This document shows positions 17,294 through 28,409 of a DNA stretch of 64,000 nt, in pieces. Source of the DNA: an uncultured Candidatus Rokubacteria bacterium. GTDB lineage: Bacteria; Methylomirabilota; Methylomirabilia; Rokubacteriales; CSP1-6. The notes under the pieces are model-generated. The model did not search any database. It was given only the letters and a program-made list of their open reading frames with translations, and was not told where the DNA came from. The stretch spans positions 228,989 to 292,988 of the forward strand of contig CAVVEU010000014.1 in NCBI GenBank assembly GCA_963747235.1. Direction: 5' to 3'. Made by a program: the position numbers and the translations under genes. The stretch's first letter is position 1. Each line of letters begins with the position of its first letter.

Positions 17294-18205
17294 TCAGGGC
17301 CATTCGGCTGGTGGCCGGTCCAGTGCGGCGCGATCCCATCGCGCCAGCGTGGCCGCCCCGTCGTACGCGCTCTGGTAGAACTCCAGCACGGCCACGTCCG
17401 GGGACGAGGCTCCGCGCACGGCTTCGTACGGGAGAATGAAGTTGGTTAGCTGCCGCTCGTAGTAGGCGCCGGCGGGCCTGATGGCGTGATCGGCCAGGCC
17501 CGGAGGCTCGGGCCGCGCGTACGCGTAAAACGCCGCCTCCGGCACCGCGCCGCTCCCGAACCAGAACCCGAGACTGATCTCCTCGTGGGAGTTCGCCTCC
17601 CGGAGGACCGCCCACTCGCTCGCATCCTTCTCGGGCGCCCGCCGGCCGGAGAACCGCGTGAGCGCGAGATCGGGGGCGCCCCAGAAGAAATGCACGGGGC
17701 TCGACTTGCCCAGAAAGCGGCCGGCAAAGCGCTTCAGGATCCGATCGGCGTGCGCCAGCATCCGGAAGAACCGCTGGGCCTGGTCGGGCTCGTACGAGGC
17801 GTGCGTCCGATCCTCGGCGAACGGGATCGGATGATCCACCTCGACGGGCACGGGCCAGACCTTCACGGGGACGCCGAGCTCGCCCAGCAGGCCCTCGTAC
17901 CCCCGGTAGAACTCCGCGACCGCCTGGGGCCGCAGCGGCGCCGCCCGGCTCGCCCCGTCGCTCGTTTCGAGCACGAGCCGGTGGTCGACGAAATCGAACT
18001 CGACCTGCAGGGTTCGCAGGCCGTACGGCATCGGGGTCGTCGTCAGCCCCCGGGACGTCAGGTACAGCGGGACGTGCCACCAGTGGTTCTGCCGGGGCGC
18101 GAGCGCCAGCCGCGTCTTCCCCACGATCTGCATCCACATGTGCAGGGTGTCGAGGGTCGCCTGCCATTCCGCGAGCGGCAGGCTGGGCCAGGCGGTTTCG
18201 GTCAT
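17294..18205 (-). CDS. DUF5996-like conserved protein
   Basis: TLHMWMQIVGK, NHWWHVPLY, GKSSPVHFFWG, SHEEISLGFW, AFYAYARPEP. Confidence 0.8.
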   Translation of the reverse strand: MTETAWPSLPLAEWQATLDTLHMWMQIVGKTRLALAPRQNHWWHVPLYLTSRGLTTTPMPYGLRTLQVEFDFVDHRLVLETSDGASRAAPLRPQAVAEFYRGYEGLLGELGVPVKVWPVPVEVDHPIPFAEDRTHASYEPDQAQRFFRMLAHADRILKRFAGRFLGKSSPVHFFWGAPDLALTRFSGRRAPEKDASEWAVLREANSHEEISLGFWFGSGAVPEAAFYAYARPEPPGLADHAIRPAGAYYERQLTNFILPYEAVRGASSPDVAVLEFYQSAYDGAATLARWDRAALDRPPAEWP

Positions 18206-18227
18206 GTACTCCCGGCCCCGGGCGGTT

Positions 18228-18449
18228 CTACTTCTTTTCCTGGGCGACGGCCGCTTCGGCGGCCGCGAAGCCGATCTTGCTATGGGTGCCGTCGCAGTAG
18301 GGCTTGGTGACCGACGCGCCGCACCGGCACAGCGCGATCCGCGGCCCCCGCGCGCTCGTGTCGACCTTGTTGCCGTCCACGTCTACCAGCTCGATCTCGC
18401 CTTCCACCAGATACGGGCCATTGGGCCGGATGGTCACCTTGACGGGCAT
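18228..18449 (-). CDS. CDGSH iron-sulfur domain protein
   Basis: NGPYLV and ALCRCGASVTKPYCDGTH; AGGAGG RBS. Confidence 0.9.
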   Translation of the reverse strand: MPVKVTIRPNGPYLVEGEIELVDVDGNKVDTSARGPRIALCRCGASVTKPYCDGTHSKIGFAAAEAAVAQEKK

Positions 18450-18562
18450 CGACGCACCTCCTGTAAGGGGTGGGAGAAGTCCTCGCCGCATACAGTACCG
18501 CGATCACGCCCGCCTTGACAGTGCCCCGTGCGCATCGCAGTATCCGGTCGGAGGAGACCCCC

Positions 18563-20062
18563 GTGCGAGCCATCCTGACCGTCCTGACCGCCATCCTGCT
18601 GCTCCTGCCGTGCGCCGCCGGCGCCCAGAGCGTGCTCCGCATCGGGCTCAACGACGACCCGGACGCGCTCGACCCCACCATCAGCCGCGCCTACACCGGC
18701 CGCCTGGTCTTCGCCGCGCTCTGCGACAAGCTCTTCGACGTCACGCCCGATCTCAAGATCGTGCCCCAGCTGGCCACCGGCTACGAGTGGGCCGCGGACC
18801 GCAAGTCGATCGTGATCAAGCTCCGGCCCGGCGTCCGCTTCCAGGACGGCGAGCCCTTCAACGCGGAGGCGGTGAAGTTCAACATCGAGCGGCACCAGAA
18901 CACGCCCGGCTCGTTCCGCAAGACGGAGATCGGCGAGATCGTCAGCGTGGACGTGGTGAACGACCTCACGGTGCGATTCAACCTCTCGCAGCCGCTCGTG
19001 CCGCTGCTGGCCGCCCTGACCGACCGCGCCGGCATGATGGTGTCGCCCAAGGCGGCGCGCGCGCTCGGCGACAAGCTGGGCACCCAGCCGGTGTGCGCCG
19101 GCCCCTACAAGTTCGTCCAGCGGGTGGCCCAGGGCAAGATCGTGGTCGAGCGCGTCGCCGACTACTGGGACAAGGCGAGCTTCACCATCGACCGCATCGA
19201 GTTCGTGCCCATCACCGACTCGACCTCGCGCCTGGCCAGCCTGCGCTCCGGCGACCTGCACATGATCGAGCGCGTCTCGCCCACCGACCTGGCCGAGATC
19301 CGGGGCGACGCCAAGCTCAAGGTGACGGGCATCCCCGAGCTGGGCTACCAGGTGATCCCGCTGAACGTCGCCAACGGCCCGAAGAGCAAGGCGCTCGCCG
19401 ACGTGCGGGTACGCCAGGCCCTCGACCTCGCGATCGATCGCGATACCCTGGTCAAGACCGTGTTCGGGGGCGAGTACATCGCGGGCAACCAGTTCATCAG
19501 CCCGGCGAACCCCTACTACGACCAGAAGGTCCCGGTGGGCAAGCGCGACGTGGCGAAGGCCAAGCAGCTCCTGAAGGATGCCGGCCAGCCGAACCTCACC
19601 TTCACCCTGGTGGTGCCCCCGGAGCGCGACCGGCAGGAGGCGGCGCTGATCCTGCAAGCCATGTGGGCGGAGGCCGGCATCACGGCCAACCTCCAGACCC
19701 AGGAGAACGTCACGATGCTGCAGTCCGGGCGGAAGGGCGACTTCGAGGCCTACTTCACGTTCTGGAGCGGCCGGCCCGACCCCGACGGCAACGTCTACAC
19801 CTTCATGACGTGCAAGGGCGCGCAGAACGACCACCACTACTGCAACGCCGACGTGGACGCGCTGCTCACGAAGGCCCGTCAGGTCGCGGATCCGGTCGAG
19901 CGCAAGAAGCTCTACGACCAGGCCACCGAGCTGATCGCCAAGGACATGCCGCGGCTCATCCTGTGGCACCGCCGCGTGTTCACGGGCCTGAGCGCCAAGG
20001 TCCAGGGCTTCACCCCCTACCCGGACGGCATCATCCGCTTCAGGGGCCTCCGGCTGAACTGA
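18563..20062 (+). CDS. ABC transporter substrate-binding protein (family 5, Dpp/Opp-like)
   Basis: Signal peptide, DPDALDP, PQLATGY, KLRPGVRFQDG, AGPYKF, VRQALDLAIDR. Confidence 0.93.
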   Translation: MRAILTVLTAILLLLPCAAGAQSVLRIGLNDDPDALDPTISRAYTGRLVFAALCDKLFDVTPDLKIVPQLATGYEWAADRKSIVIKLRPGVRFQDGEPFNAEAVKFNIERHQNTPGSFRKTEIGEIVSVDVVNDLTVRFNLSQPLVPLLAALTDRAGMMVSPKAARALGDKLGTQPVCAGPYKFVQRVAQGKIVVERVADYWDKASFTIDRIEFVPITDSTSRLASLRSGDLHMIERVSPTDLAEIRGDAKLKVTGIPELGYQVIPLNVANGPKSKALADVRVRQALDLAIDRDTLVKTVFGGEYIAGNQFISPANPYYDQKVPVGKRDVAKAKQLLKDAGQPNLTFTLVVPPERDRQEAALILQAMWAEAGITANLQTQENVTMLQSGRKGDFEAYFTFWSGRPDPDGNVYTFMTCKGAQNDHHYCNADVDALLTKARQVADPVERKKLYDQATELIAKDMPRLILWHRRVFTGLSAKVQGFTPYPDGIIRFRGLRLN

Positions 20063-20074
20063 GCCGGCACCCGC

Positions 20075-21028
20075 ATGCCGCTCTGGCTCTACGTCGCGCG
20101 CCGGCTCGCGGTGCTCGTGCCGACGCTCTTCTTCGTCTCGGTGCTGATCTTCTCCCTCCAGCAGCTCCTGCCGGGCGACGCGGCGGTGGCCCTCGCCGGC
20201 GAGGAGGGCGACCCGGCGGTGCTCGCGGCCATCCGGGCGAAGTACCACCTCGACCAGCCCCTCGTCGTGCAGTACGGCCTCTGGATCGGCCGCGTGCTGC
20301 GCGGCGACTTCGGCGAGTCGCTGCGCAACCGCATCCCGGTCCGCGAGCTCCTCGCCTCGAAGCTCCCGGTCACGGTGGAGCTCGCGGTCTGCTCGATGGC
20401 CATCGCGCTCGTGATCGGCGTGCCCGCCGGCATCCTCTCGGCCACGCGCAAGGGCACCTCGGTGGACGTGGTCGCCAATCTCCTCGCGCTCTCGGGGCTC
20501 TCGGTGCCGCACTTCTGGCTCGGCATCATGCTGATCCTGCTCTTCGCGGTCCGGCTGGGCTGGCTGCCCGCCTCGGGCTACGTGCCCCCGTGGGAGGATC
20601 TCCGCCAGAACCTGACCACGATCCTGCTGCCGTCGTTCGTCCTCGGCACGGGCGTGGCCGGCGTCATGATGCGCCACACGCGCAGCGCCATGCTCCAGAC
20701 CCTGGGCGCGGACTACGTGCGCACCGCGCGGGCCAAGAGCGTGCCCGAGCAGCTGGTCGTGCTGAAGCACGCGCTCCGCAACGCGCTGATCCCGATCATC
20801 ACCCTCGGGGCGATCGAGTTCGGGCGGCTGCTCTCGGGCGCGGTGCTCACCGAGCAGATCTTCGCCATCCCCGGCTTCGGCAAGCTGCTGGTGGACGCCG
20901 TGTTCAACCGCGACTACGCGGTGGTGCAGGCGGTCGTCCTGGTCTCGGCGAGCCTCTACGTGCTCCTGAACCTGGGCGCCGACGTCCTCTACTTCCTGGC
21001 CAACCCGCGCCTCCGGGGCTCGACGTGA
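20075..21028 (+). CDS. ABC permease, DppB-like
   Basis: LPGDAA, GDFGESL, DYVRTARAK, HALRNALIP. Confidence 0.93.
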   Translation: MPLWLYVARRLAVLVPTLFFVSVLIFSLQQLLPGDAAVALAGEEGDPAVLAAIRAKYHLDQPLVVQYGLWIGRVLRGDFGESLRNRIPVRELLASKLPVTVELAVCSMAIALVIGVPAGILSATRKGTSVDVVANLLALSGLSVPHFWLGIMLILLFAVRLGWLPASGYVPPWEDLRQNLTTILLPSFVLGTGVAGVMMRHTRSAMLQTLGADYVRTARAKSVPEQLVVLKHALRNALIPIITLGAIEFGRLLSGAVLTEQIFAIPGFGKLLVDAVFNRDYAVVQAVVLVSASLYVLLNLGADVLYFLANPRLRGST

Positions 21029-21907
21029 GCGGCGCCTCGGTCCTGCTCGTCGCGCCCGCGGTGGCCCCCCGCCGGCGCTACAAGGCCGCGCGGCAATTGG
21101 CGCGCCGGCCGGCGGCAATCGCCGCGCTCGCTGTCGTCCTCGGCTTCATCCTGGTGGCGGTCGCGGCGCCGCAGCTCGCGCCGTTCGACCCGACCGCGAT
21201 CGATTACCGCGCGGTGCGGAAGGCGCCGTCCGCGGTCCACCGGCTCGGCACCGACGAGGTCGGCCGCGACGTGCTGTCGCGGCTGCTCTGGGGCGCGCGC
21301 GCCTCGCTGCTGGCCGGCGTCATCCCGGTGACCATCGCGGTGGCGCTCAGCGTGCCGCTCGGCCTGCTCTCGGGCTACGTCGGGGGGTGGCTCGACGGGC
21401 TTATAATGCGGATCAACGACGCCATGCTCTCGATCCCGTTTCTCATCGTGGCCATCGCGCTGGCCGCCTTTCTCGGCCCGGGCCTCGGCAACGCCATGAT
21501 CGCGATCGGGATCGCGGCCCTGCCCACCTTCGTCCGGCTCGTGCGCGGCACCGTGCTCACGATCAAGACCGAGGAGTACGTCGAGGCGGCGCAGGCCCTG
21601 GGCTGCTCGCGGCCGTCGCGTCGCGATCCGCCACATCCTGCCGAACACGCTGCCGCCGCTCTTCATCCAGGTGAGCATCACGGTGGCGGCGGCCATCATC
21701 GCCGAGGCGAGCCTCTCGTTCCTGGGCCTGGGCCAGCAGCCGCCCGCGCCGTCGTGGGGCAGCATGCTCAACGCGGCCCAGCGCTATCTCTCGCAGGCGC
21801 CCTGGATGGCGCTCTACCCGGGCCTGATGATCTTCGGGATCGTCATGGCCCTGAACGTGCTGGGCGACGGCCTGCGCGACGCGCTCGATCCGCGGCACCA
21901 GGCGTAG
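21025..21907 (+). CDS. ABC permease, DppC-like; frameshift near 21610-21625
   Basis: HRLGTDEVGRDVLSRL, EYVEAAQALG, then a frame change to HILPN...AEASLSFLGLG...PSWG...GDGLRDALDP. Confidence 0.88.
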
Positions 21908-21932
21908 CCATCGCAAGAAGGAGACGAGATTC

Positions 21933-22961
21933 ATGAGCGACATCCGCATGACCCCGATCACCAACCCCAAGGCCTGGCGGGGCGAGACGCTCGCGCGCGA
22001 GGCCTCCTGGATCGTCACGCTCACCGAGGCCGAGATCGCGGACATCGACCGCGCGCTGGCCACCGCGAAGGCCTCGGGCGCTTCCGCTCGAGGACGATCC
22101 AGCGCGAGCACTTCCCGCTCACGGTGATGCGCGCGCCGGCTCGAGCAGGCGGTGGCCGAGATGTACGACGGCCGCGGGTTCGTGGTGCTGCGCGGCCTGC
22201 CCGTCCGCCGGTACAGCGACGACGACGTCGGGCTCATCTTCTGGGGCTTCGGCCGCTACATGGGGGGACCGCTCTACCAGAACCCCCAGGGCGAGCTGCT
22301 CGGCCACGTCTACGACCACGGGCGGACCTACGGCAACATCGACGTGCGCGGCTACGAGACCAACGCCTACCTGCCCTATCACACCGACGCGGGCGACATG
22401 GTGGGGCTGCTCTGCCTGCGCCGGGGCCTCGAGGGCGGGCTCAGCAGCATCGTGAGCTCGACGACCGTGCACAACGAGATCCTGGCCCAGCATCCCGAGT
22501 ACCTCGGCCTCCTCTACAACGGCTACTACTACATCCGCCGCGAGGCGGCCCTGACCGAGCGCGGCGTCTCCGAGCGCCCGATCCCGGTGTTCGGCCACCA
22601 GGACGGGGTCGTGAGCTGCCGCTACATCCGCAACCAGATCAACGCGGGGGCGGTGAAGCGCGAGGTGCCGCTGACCACCTTCGAGCGCGCGGCGCTCGAC
22701 TTCCTCGACGAGCAGACCCGGCGGCCCGACCTGCGCCTGGACATGGACCTGCAGGCCGGCGACATCCAGTTCATCAACAACTACACGATCCTCCACTCGC
22801 GCACCGGGTTCGTCGACGGCCCCGCGCCCGACCAGAAGCGCCACATGCTGCGGCTCTGGCTCAAGTTCCCGCAGCCGTGGCCGCTGAGCGACGAGTTCCC
22901 GACCCACCTGGGCTACAAGCCGTCCCAGGACCCGCGCGAGCTGGTCGAAGCCGAAACCTAG
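21933..22961 (+). CDS. TauD/TfdA-family Fe(II)/2-oxoglutarate dioxygenase; frameshifts in the N-terminus
   Basis: GRGFVVLRGLP, YHTD (HxD), NNYTILHSR, RHMLRLW. Confidence 0.88.
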
Positions 22962-22972
22962 TCTCAAACTGA

Positions 22973-23013
22973 CCCTCTCCCCTCAGGGGAGAGGGCAGGG
23001 TGAGGGGTGAGGG
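22973..23013 (+). repeat. BoxC-like repeat with 7-bp tail duplication, abutting the SDR start
   Basis: CCCTCTCCCC-tca-GGGGAGAGGG-CA-GGGTGAGGGGTGAGGG, then CAACC-ATG. Confidence 0.9.
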
Positions 23014-23018
23014 CAACC

Positions 23019-23796
23019 ATGGACCTGCAAGGACAGATCGCGATCGTCACCGGCGCCGGCCGCGGCATCGGCCGCGCCACCGCGCTCGAACTGGCCCGGC
23101 TCGGCGCCGACGTCGTCGTCGCCGAGCTCGACAAGCCGGGCGCCGAGCGCACCGCCGGCCGAGGTGACCGCGCTCGGGCGCCGCGCGCTCGCCCTGCCGA
23201 CCGACGTCACCCGACGGGCCGACCTCACCGCCATGGTCGAGCGGACCCGGGCGGCATTCGGCCGCGTCGACATCCTCGTGAACAATGCCGGGATCTACCG
23301 CGCCGCCTCGACGCTCCAGATCACGGAGGATCACTGGGACGCGGTGCTGACCATCAACGCCCGGGCGGTCTTCTTCGCCAGCCAGGCCGCGCTGCCGACC
23401 ATGATCGCGCAGAAGAGCGGGGTGATCGTCAACCTGGCCTCGATGGCGGGCAAGATCGGCAGCGCCAACAACCTGCCCTACAACGCGAGCAAGGCGGCCG
23501 TGATCAGCATCACCAAGAGCCTCGCCCTGGCCCACGCCGCCGACGGCATCCGGGTGAACTGCGTCTGCCCGGGCTTCGTCGAGACCGACATGTGGACGAC
23601 CGTCTCCGCGGAGCTGGGCGCGCTATCCGGCGTGCCGGCCGAGGAGTTCACCCGCCGGCGCCTGGCCAGCGTGCCCCTGGGCCGGATGGAGCGGGCGGAG
23701 GACGTGGCGAACGTGATCGGCTTCCTCGCCGCGAGCAAGGCCGCTTACATGACGGGCCAGGCCATCAGCGTCGATGGCGGCCTCGTCATGCACTAG
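23019..23796 (+). CDS. SDR family oxidoreductase; frameshift near 23160
   Basis: TGAGRGIG, NNAG, YNASK, VNCVCPG, VDGG. Confidence 0.92.
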
Positions 23797-25546
23797 CGTC
23801 TGCGGCGAAGCTCCTCGGTGGCGCGCCCGTCGAGGACGGGCGGATCGGCGGCGGTCAGCGACCACGCCGTAGTCGCGCTCGGCGTCGGCGGCCGTGAAGT
23901 ACCCGCGCGCCACGTCGCGCGCGACCAGCGCGGGATCGCGCTGCCAGCGGATCGCCGTAGCCGCCGCCGCCCGGCGTGCGCACCGAGATGGCGTCGCCGG
24001 CCACCACGCGGATGTCCTCGTCCTTCGACAGATGCGGCGAGACGTAGTCGCCGCCCTGGCGGGTCACGACCACCTCGTTGGGCGCGCCGTCGCGGCCGCC
24101 GAAGAGGCCGGGCGGCCCGAAGCGGCCGTGGTCCATGAGGAACGAGAGCAGGGCCTCGCCGCGGCGGATCCGGATCTTGTAGTCCACCCCGAAGCCGCCG
24201 CGCGTCTTCCCCGCCCCGCCCGAGCCCTCGCGGAGCGCGTAGCGCTCGAACAGGATCGGGTAGTGCTGCTCGAGCACCTCGGTGGGCTGCGTCTTGGAGA
24301 TGCCGATGGTCGAGCAGCCGTTGGTGAGCCCGTCGCCGTCGGCGCTGCCCCCGTACCCGCCGCCGCTGAAGACGTACATGATGTAGTGCCGCTCCTTCAG
24401 CGGGTCGTAGCCGCCCGAGCGTGAGGTTGCCGCTGGTGCCGGCGGGGGCGGCGAAGAGGTCGTCGGGGATGGCCTGGGCCAGCGTCGTGAACACCGACTC
24501 CGCGATGCGCGAGCTCACCTCGGCGGCGCAGCCCGAGACCGGCCGCGGGTAGCGGGCGTAGAGGAAGGTCCCGTGCGGATCGGCGATGTGCAGCGGCTCG
24601 AAGCAGCCCGCGTTGATCGGCACGTCCGGGAAGACGTGCTTGATGGCCAGGTACACCGCGGCCTTGGTGGTGGCGATCACGCTGTTGAGCGGGCCGCGGC
24701 ACGGCCCGCTCGACTCCGAGAAGTCGAAGTGGAGATCCGTGCCCTCCTTCCGCAGCCGGAGCCGGATGGCCAGCGGGTCGGGGTCCACGCCGTCCGAGTC
24801 CACGAAGGCCTCGCCCGAGTAGGCGCCGTCCGGGATCTTGGCGATGTGCGCCCGCATCATCAGGTCCGAGCGCCGGCGCAGCTCGGCGATGCACGCGGTC
24901 ACCGTCGCCGCGCCGTAGCGGTCGAGCAGCGCGGTGAGCCGCCTCTCGCCCACGGTGAGCGCGGCCACCTGGGCCTTGATGTCGCCGATGCGCTCCTCGG
25001 GCACCCGGATGTTGGCGAGGATGATGCTGAGGATGTCGGGCTGCATCACGCCTTCGCGGAAGAGCTTCACCGGGGGCAGCCGCAGGCCCTCCTGCTGGAC
25101 CTCGGTGGCCCGCGTGGAGAAGCCGCCGGGCACCGAGCCGCCGGTGTCGGGCCAGTGGCCGGTGTTCGACAGGTAGGCCCAGAGCTCGCCCGCGGTAGAA
25201 GTAGGGCTTCACCATCTTCACGTCCATCAGATGGGTGCCGCCGCAGTAGGGATCGTTGACGATGAAGATGTCGCCGGGCCTGAGCGGCTCCGCGGCGGCC
25301 TTCACGTGGTCGATCACCGCGCGCGTCGTGAACTGCATGACGCCCACGAAGATGGGCAGCCCCAGCTCGCCCTGGGCGATGACCTCGCCGTTCTCGCGCG
25401 ACGTAGATGCCGTCGGAGCGGTCGAAGCCCTCGGAGATGACCGGCGAGAAGGCGGCCCGCTCGAAGGTGAGGTCCATCTCGCTCGCCACCTGCTGCAGGC
25501 CGTTCTGCACGACGACCAGCGTGACCGGATCGATCGCGTCCATCAT
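23793..25546 (-). CDS. Hydantoinase B / 5-oxoprolinase subunit; several frameshifts
   Basis: DPVTLVVVQNGL, AFSPVISE, NDPYCGGTHLMD, QEGLRLPPVKL, GSGGAGKTRGG, TPGGGGYG. Confidence 0.9.
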
Positions 25547-25556
25547 CGGCCTCTCT

Positions 25557-25579
25557 CCCTCTCCCCCCCGGGGAGAGGG
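25557..25579 (+). repeat. Truncated BoxC-like repeat (hairpin only)
   Basis: CCCTCTCCCC-ccc-GGGGAGAGGG without the full tail. Confidence 0.75.
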
Positions 25580-25887
25580 CGGGCACCGGGATGCTGCAGC
25601 CCGATCGCCCAGCCCCGCAGCGAGTCGCCCGACTCCATGAGGCCCGTGTTCTGGATCAGGATGATCGGCGTCTGGCCTGCAGTCGAGAGCCCGGAGGCGA
25701 TCGAGAACGCCGAGCCCCTCCCGGCTGACCGGCACGAGCCGGAGCGACGGATCGGCCTGCATGAGCTGGTAGAGGAAGTTGGTCTCGCTGTCGGGGAGCC
25801 ACACCACGTGGGTCACCCCGTTCTTCTTCATCTCGTCGAGCACGAGCTGCGGGCTGAGCTGCGCTCATCGCTGGGGGTCTGGGCCAT
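25580..25887 (-). pseudogene. Truncated TPP-enzyme N-terminal subunit (sulfopyruvate decarboxylase alpha/ComD-like)
   Basis: VTHVVWLPDS, VPVSREG, IILIQNTGLMESGDSL; homology stops at the repeat after about 100 codons. Confidence 0.7.
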
Positions 25888-25889
25888 GG

Positions 25890-27967
25890 TCAGCGGGTCT
25901 CCGGTGGCGCCGCGGCGTCGAGGCCGCGGACGGTGATCTCGAGGTTGCCGAGCGCATCCACGCGCACCCGGTCGCCCGGCTCGATCACGGTGGTGGAATC
26001 GAGCTGCTCGACGATGGCCGGGCCCGACGAGCTCCGCGCCGACGCCGAGCTGCTCGCGCCGGTACACCGGCGTGTCGCGCCACTCGCCGTCGAACCAGGC
26101 GCGCCGGCGGCCGGCCGGGACCGCGCCGCCCGCGGGCGCCCGCTCGAGCGCGATGAGGCCCTCGAGCGACACCGGGCGGCGCCGGCCGATCACCGCGGTG
26201 CGCAGGCTCACGACCTGGGCGCGCATCTCGCGCAGCTCCACCTCGAAGCGCTCCCAGTACGCGCGTCTCGAAGGCGCGCATCAGGTCCTCGCGCGCGAAG
26301 TCGGCCCGCGCGACGGGCACGGTCAGCACGTGGGTCTGCCCGACGAACTGCATGTCCGCCTCGTGCTGGACGCTGACCGTCTCGACCTCCACGCCCTTCG
26401 GAGGCGAGCATGCGGCGCCCCTCGTCCACCTGGGCGGCCAGGATGCGATGCGCCTCGGCCAGGTCCAGGCGCAGCACGCCCTGGTTGACCGTCTTCACGA
26501 AGTCGTGGCGCACGTCGGCCACCAGGCAGCCGAGCGCCGAGGTGATCCCGGGCCGGGCCGGCACCAGCACCCGCGGGATCGCCAGCTCGCGGGCCAGGGC
26601 GACGGCGTGCAGCGGGCCGGCGCCGCCGAAGGCGAAGAGGACGAAGTCGCGCGGGTCGTGGCCGCGCTGGAGCGACACCAGGCGGATGGCGCCCGCCATC
26701 TTGTCGTTGGCCACCCGCACGATCGCGCTGGCCACCTCGTCCGGGCCCAGGCCCAGATGCGCGCCGATCTTCTTGTCGAAGATCTCGCGGATGCGATCGA
26801 GCTGCGCGGCCCGATCGACGCCCAGCAGCCCGGCCGGGTTGAGACGGCCGAGCAGCAGGTTGGCGTCGGTGATGGTGGGCTCCTCGCCGCCGCGCCCGTA
26901 GCAGATCGGACCCGGGATCGGCGCCGGCGCTCTCGGGCCCGACCTGCAGGATGCCGGCCGAGTTCACGCGGGCGATGGAGCCGCCGCCGGCGCCGATGGT
27001 GTGGATGTCGATCATCGGCACGCGGACGGGCAGGCCGTAGCCCATCTCCTTGTCCGCGGTGAGCGCGGGCCGCCCGTCGCGGATGACGCCGACGTCGAAG
27101 CTGGTCCCGCCCATGTCGCAGGTGATGATGTTGCGGTGCCCGGCGGCCAGCGCGGTGTAGGCGGCGGCCTTCACGCCGGCCGCGGGGCCCGACATGAGCG
27201 TGCTCACCGCGTGGCGCGCGGCCAGGTCCACCGACATGGTGCCGCCGTTGCCCTGCATGATGAGCAGCTCGCGCCGGTAGCCCTGGCGCGCCAGGTCGCC
27301 GGCCAGCGTGCGCAGGTAGCGGTCGATGACCGGCTGCACGAACCCGTTGATGGCCGCGGTCGTGCCGCGCTCGAACTCGCGATACTCGGGCAGGAGCTCG
27401 GAGCCCACCGTGATGTAGGCGTTGGGCCACAGCGTGGCCGCGATCTCGCGCGCCTGGCGCTCGTGCGCGTCGTTCAGGTACGAGTGCATGAAGTGGATCA
27501 CCAGGGCCTCGACGCCCTGCCCGCGGAGGCGCAGGACCGCCTCGCGCACCTGGTCCGCGGCCAGCGGCGTGACCACCAGGCCCTCGGCGTCCATCCGCTC
27601 GTCCACCTCGAGGCGGAGATCGCGCGGGATGAGCGCCTCGAAGTTGCCCTTGAGCCCGTAGGGCGTGGGCCGCGTGCGCCGGCCCAGCTCGAGCACGTCG
27701 CGGAAGCCGCGCGTGGTGATGAGCCCGGTGCGGGCGCCCTTGCGCTCGAGCAGCGCGTTGGTCGCGGTGGTCGTGCCGTGGACGATCACCGCCACCTCGG
27801 CCGCGCTCGCCGCGGCGCCGGCCAGGGCCCCCTGCACGCCGGCGGCCTGGTTGGCCACCGTGGTCGGGACCTTGGCCACGCGCACCTCGCCGGTGGCCTC
27901 GTCGACGCAGCACCAGGTCGGTGAAGGTGCCGCCGACGTCGACGCCGACGAGCTTGGTCTGGGGCAT
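25890..27967 (-). CDS. Hydantoinase A / 5-oxoprolinase subunit; several frameshifts
   Basis: GVDVGGTFTD, HGTTTATNA, SGPAAG, DMGGTSFD, IGAGGGS, GPESAGA, FGGAGPLH. Confidence 0.92.
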
Positions 27968-28061
27968 CTAGTGGAAGGGAGCGCGCGCGGGTCGTCAGGA
28001 GACATGTCTGGGGGTCTCGGCGTCGGGATGAGCGAGAGCCTAGTCGGGCGGTCGGGCACTG

Positions 28062-28325
28062 TCAAGGGCGCGGGCTTCGAGGCTGATCATCCTGGTCATC
28101 CTCGTCGGGATCGCCCGCGTCGGGAGCCCGTCCGTGACCGACCACCGCGAGCAGGAAGCCCAGGGTCATGACGGCCGCGGCGACCAGGAAGACGACCAGA
28201 CCGAGCTGGCACCCGGGATCGCTCCAGGTCTTGCTCGCGAGCCAGCCGAGGACCACACCGATGCCGAGAAACCAGGCGTCCCTCACCCGGGAACCTCGCG
28301 AAGCGGCCCGGGTCGGATCGGACAT
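28062..28325 (-). CDS. Small two-TM membrane protein
   Basis: Two hydrophobic segments; TAGGCT -10 box 6 nt before the ATG. Confidence 0.5.
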   Translation of the reverse strand: MSDPTRAASRGSRVRDAWFLGIGVVLGWLASKTWSDPGCQLGLVVFLVAAAVMTLGFLLAVVGHGRAPDAGDPDEDDQDDQPRSPRP

Positions 28326-28409
28326 GCGCTGAGCCTATGCCCGCCGCCTCGCCCGCGCCACCGGTTTGACACGCTCCGGGCGATCTGGCAGGATCGGCAG
28401 CCTTCGGCG

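Noticed and set aside
18563-21907. ABC operon lacking ATPase genes as a novelty
   Set aside because: Sharing ATPases encoded elsewhere is common for peptide-type ABC systems.
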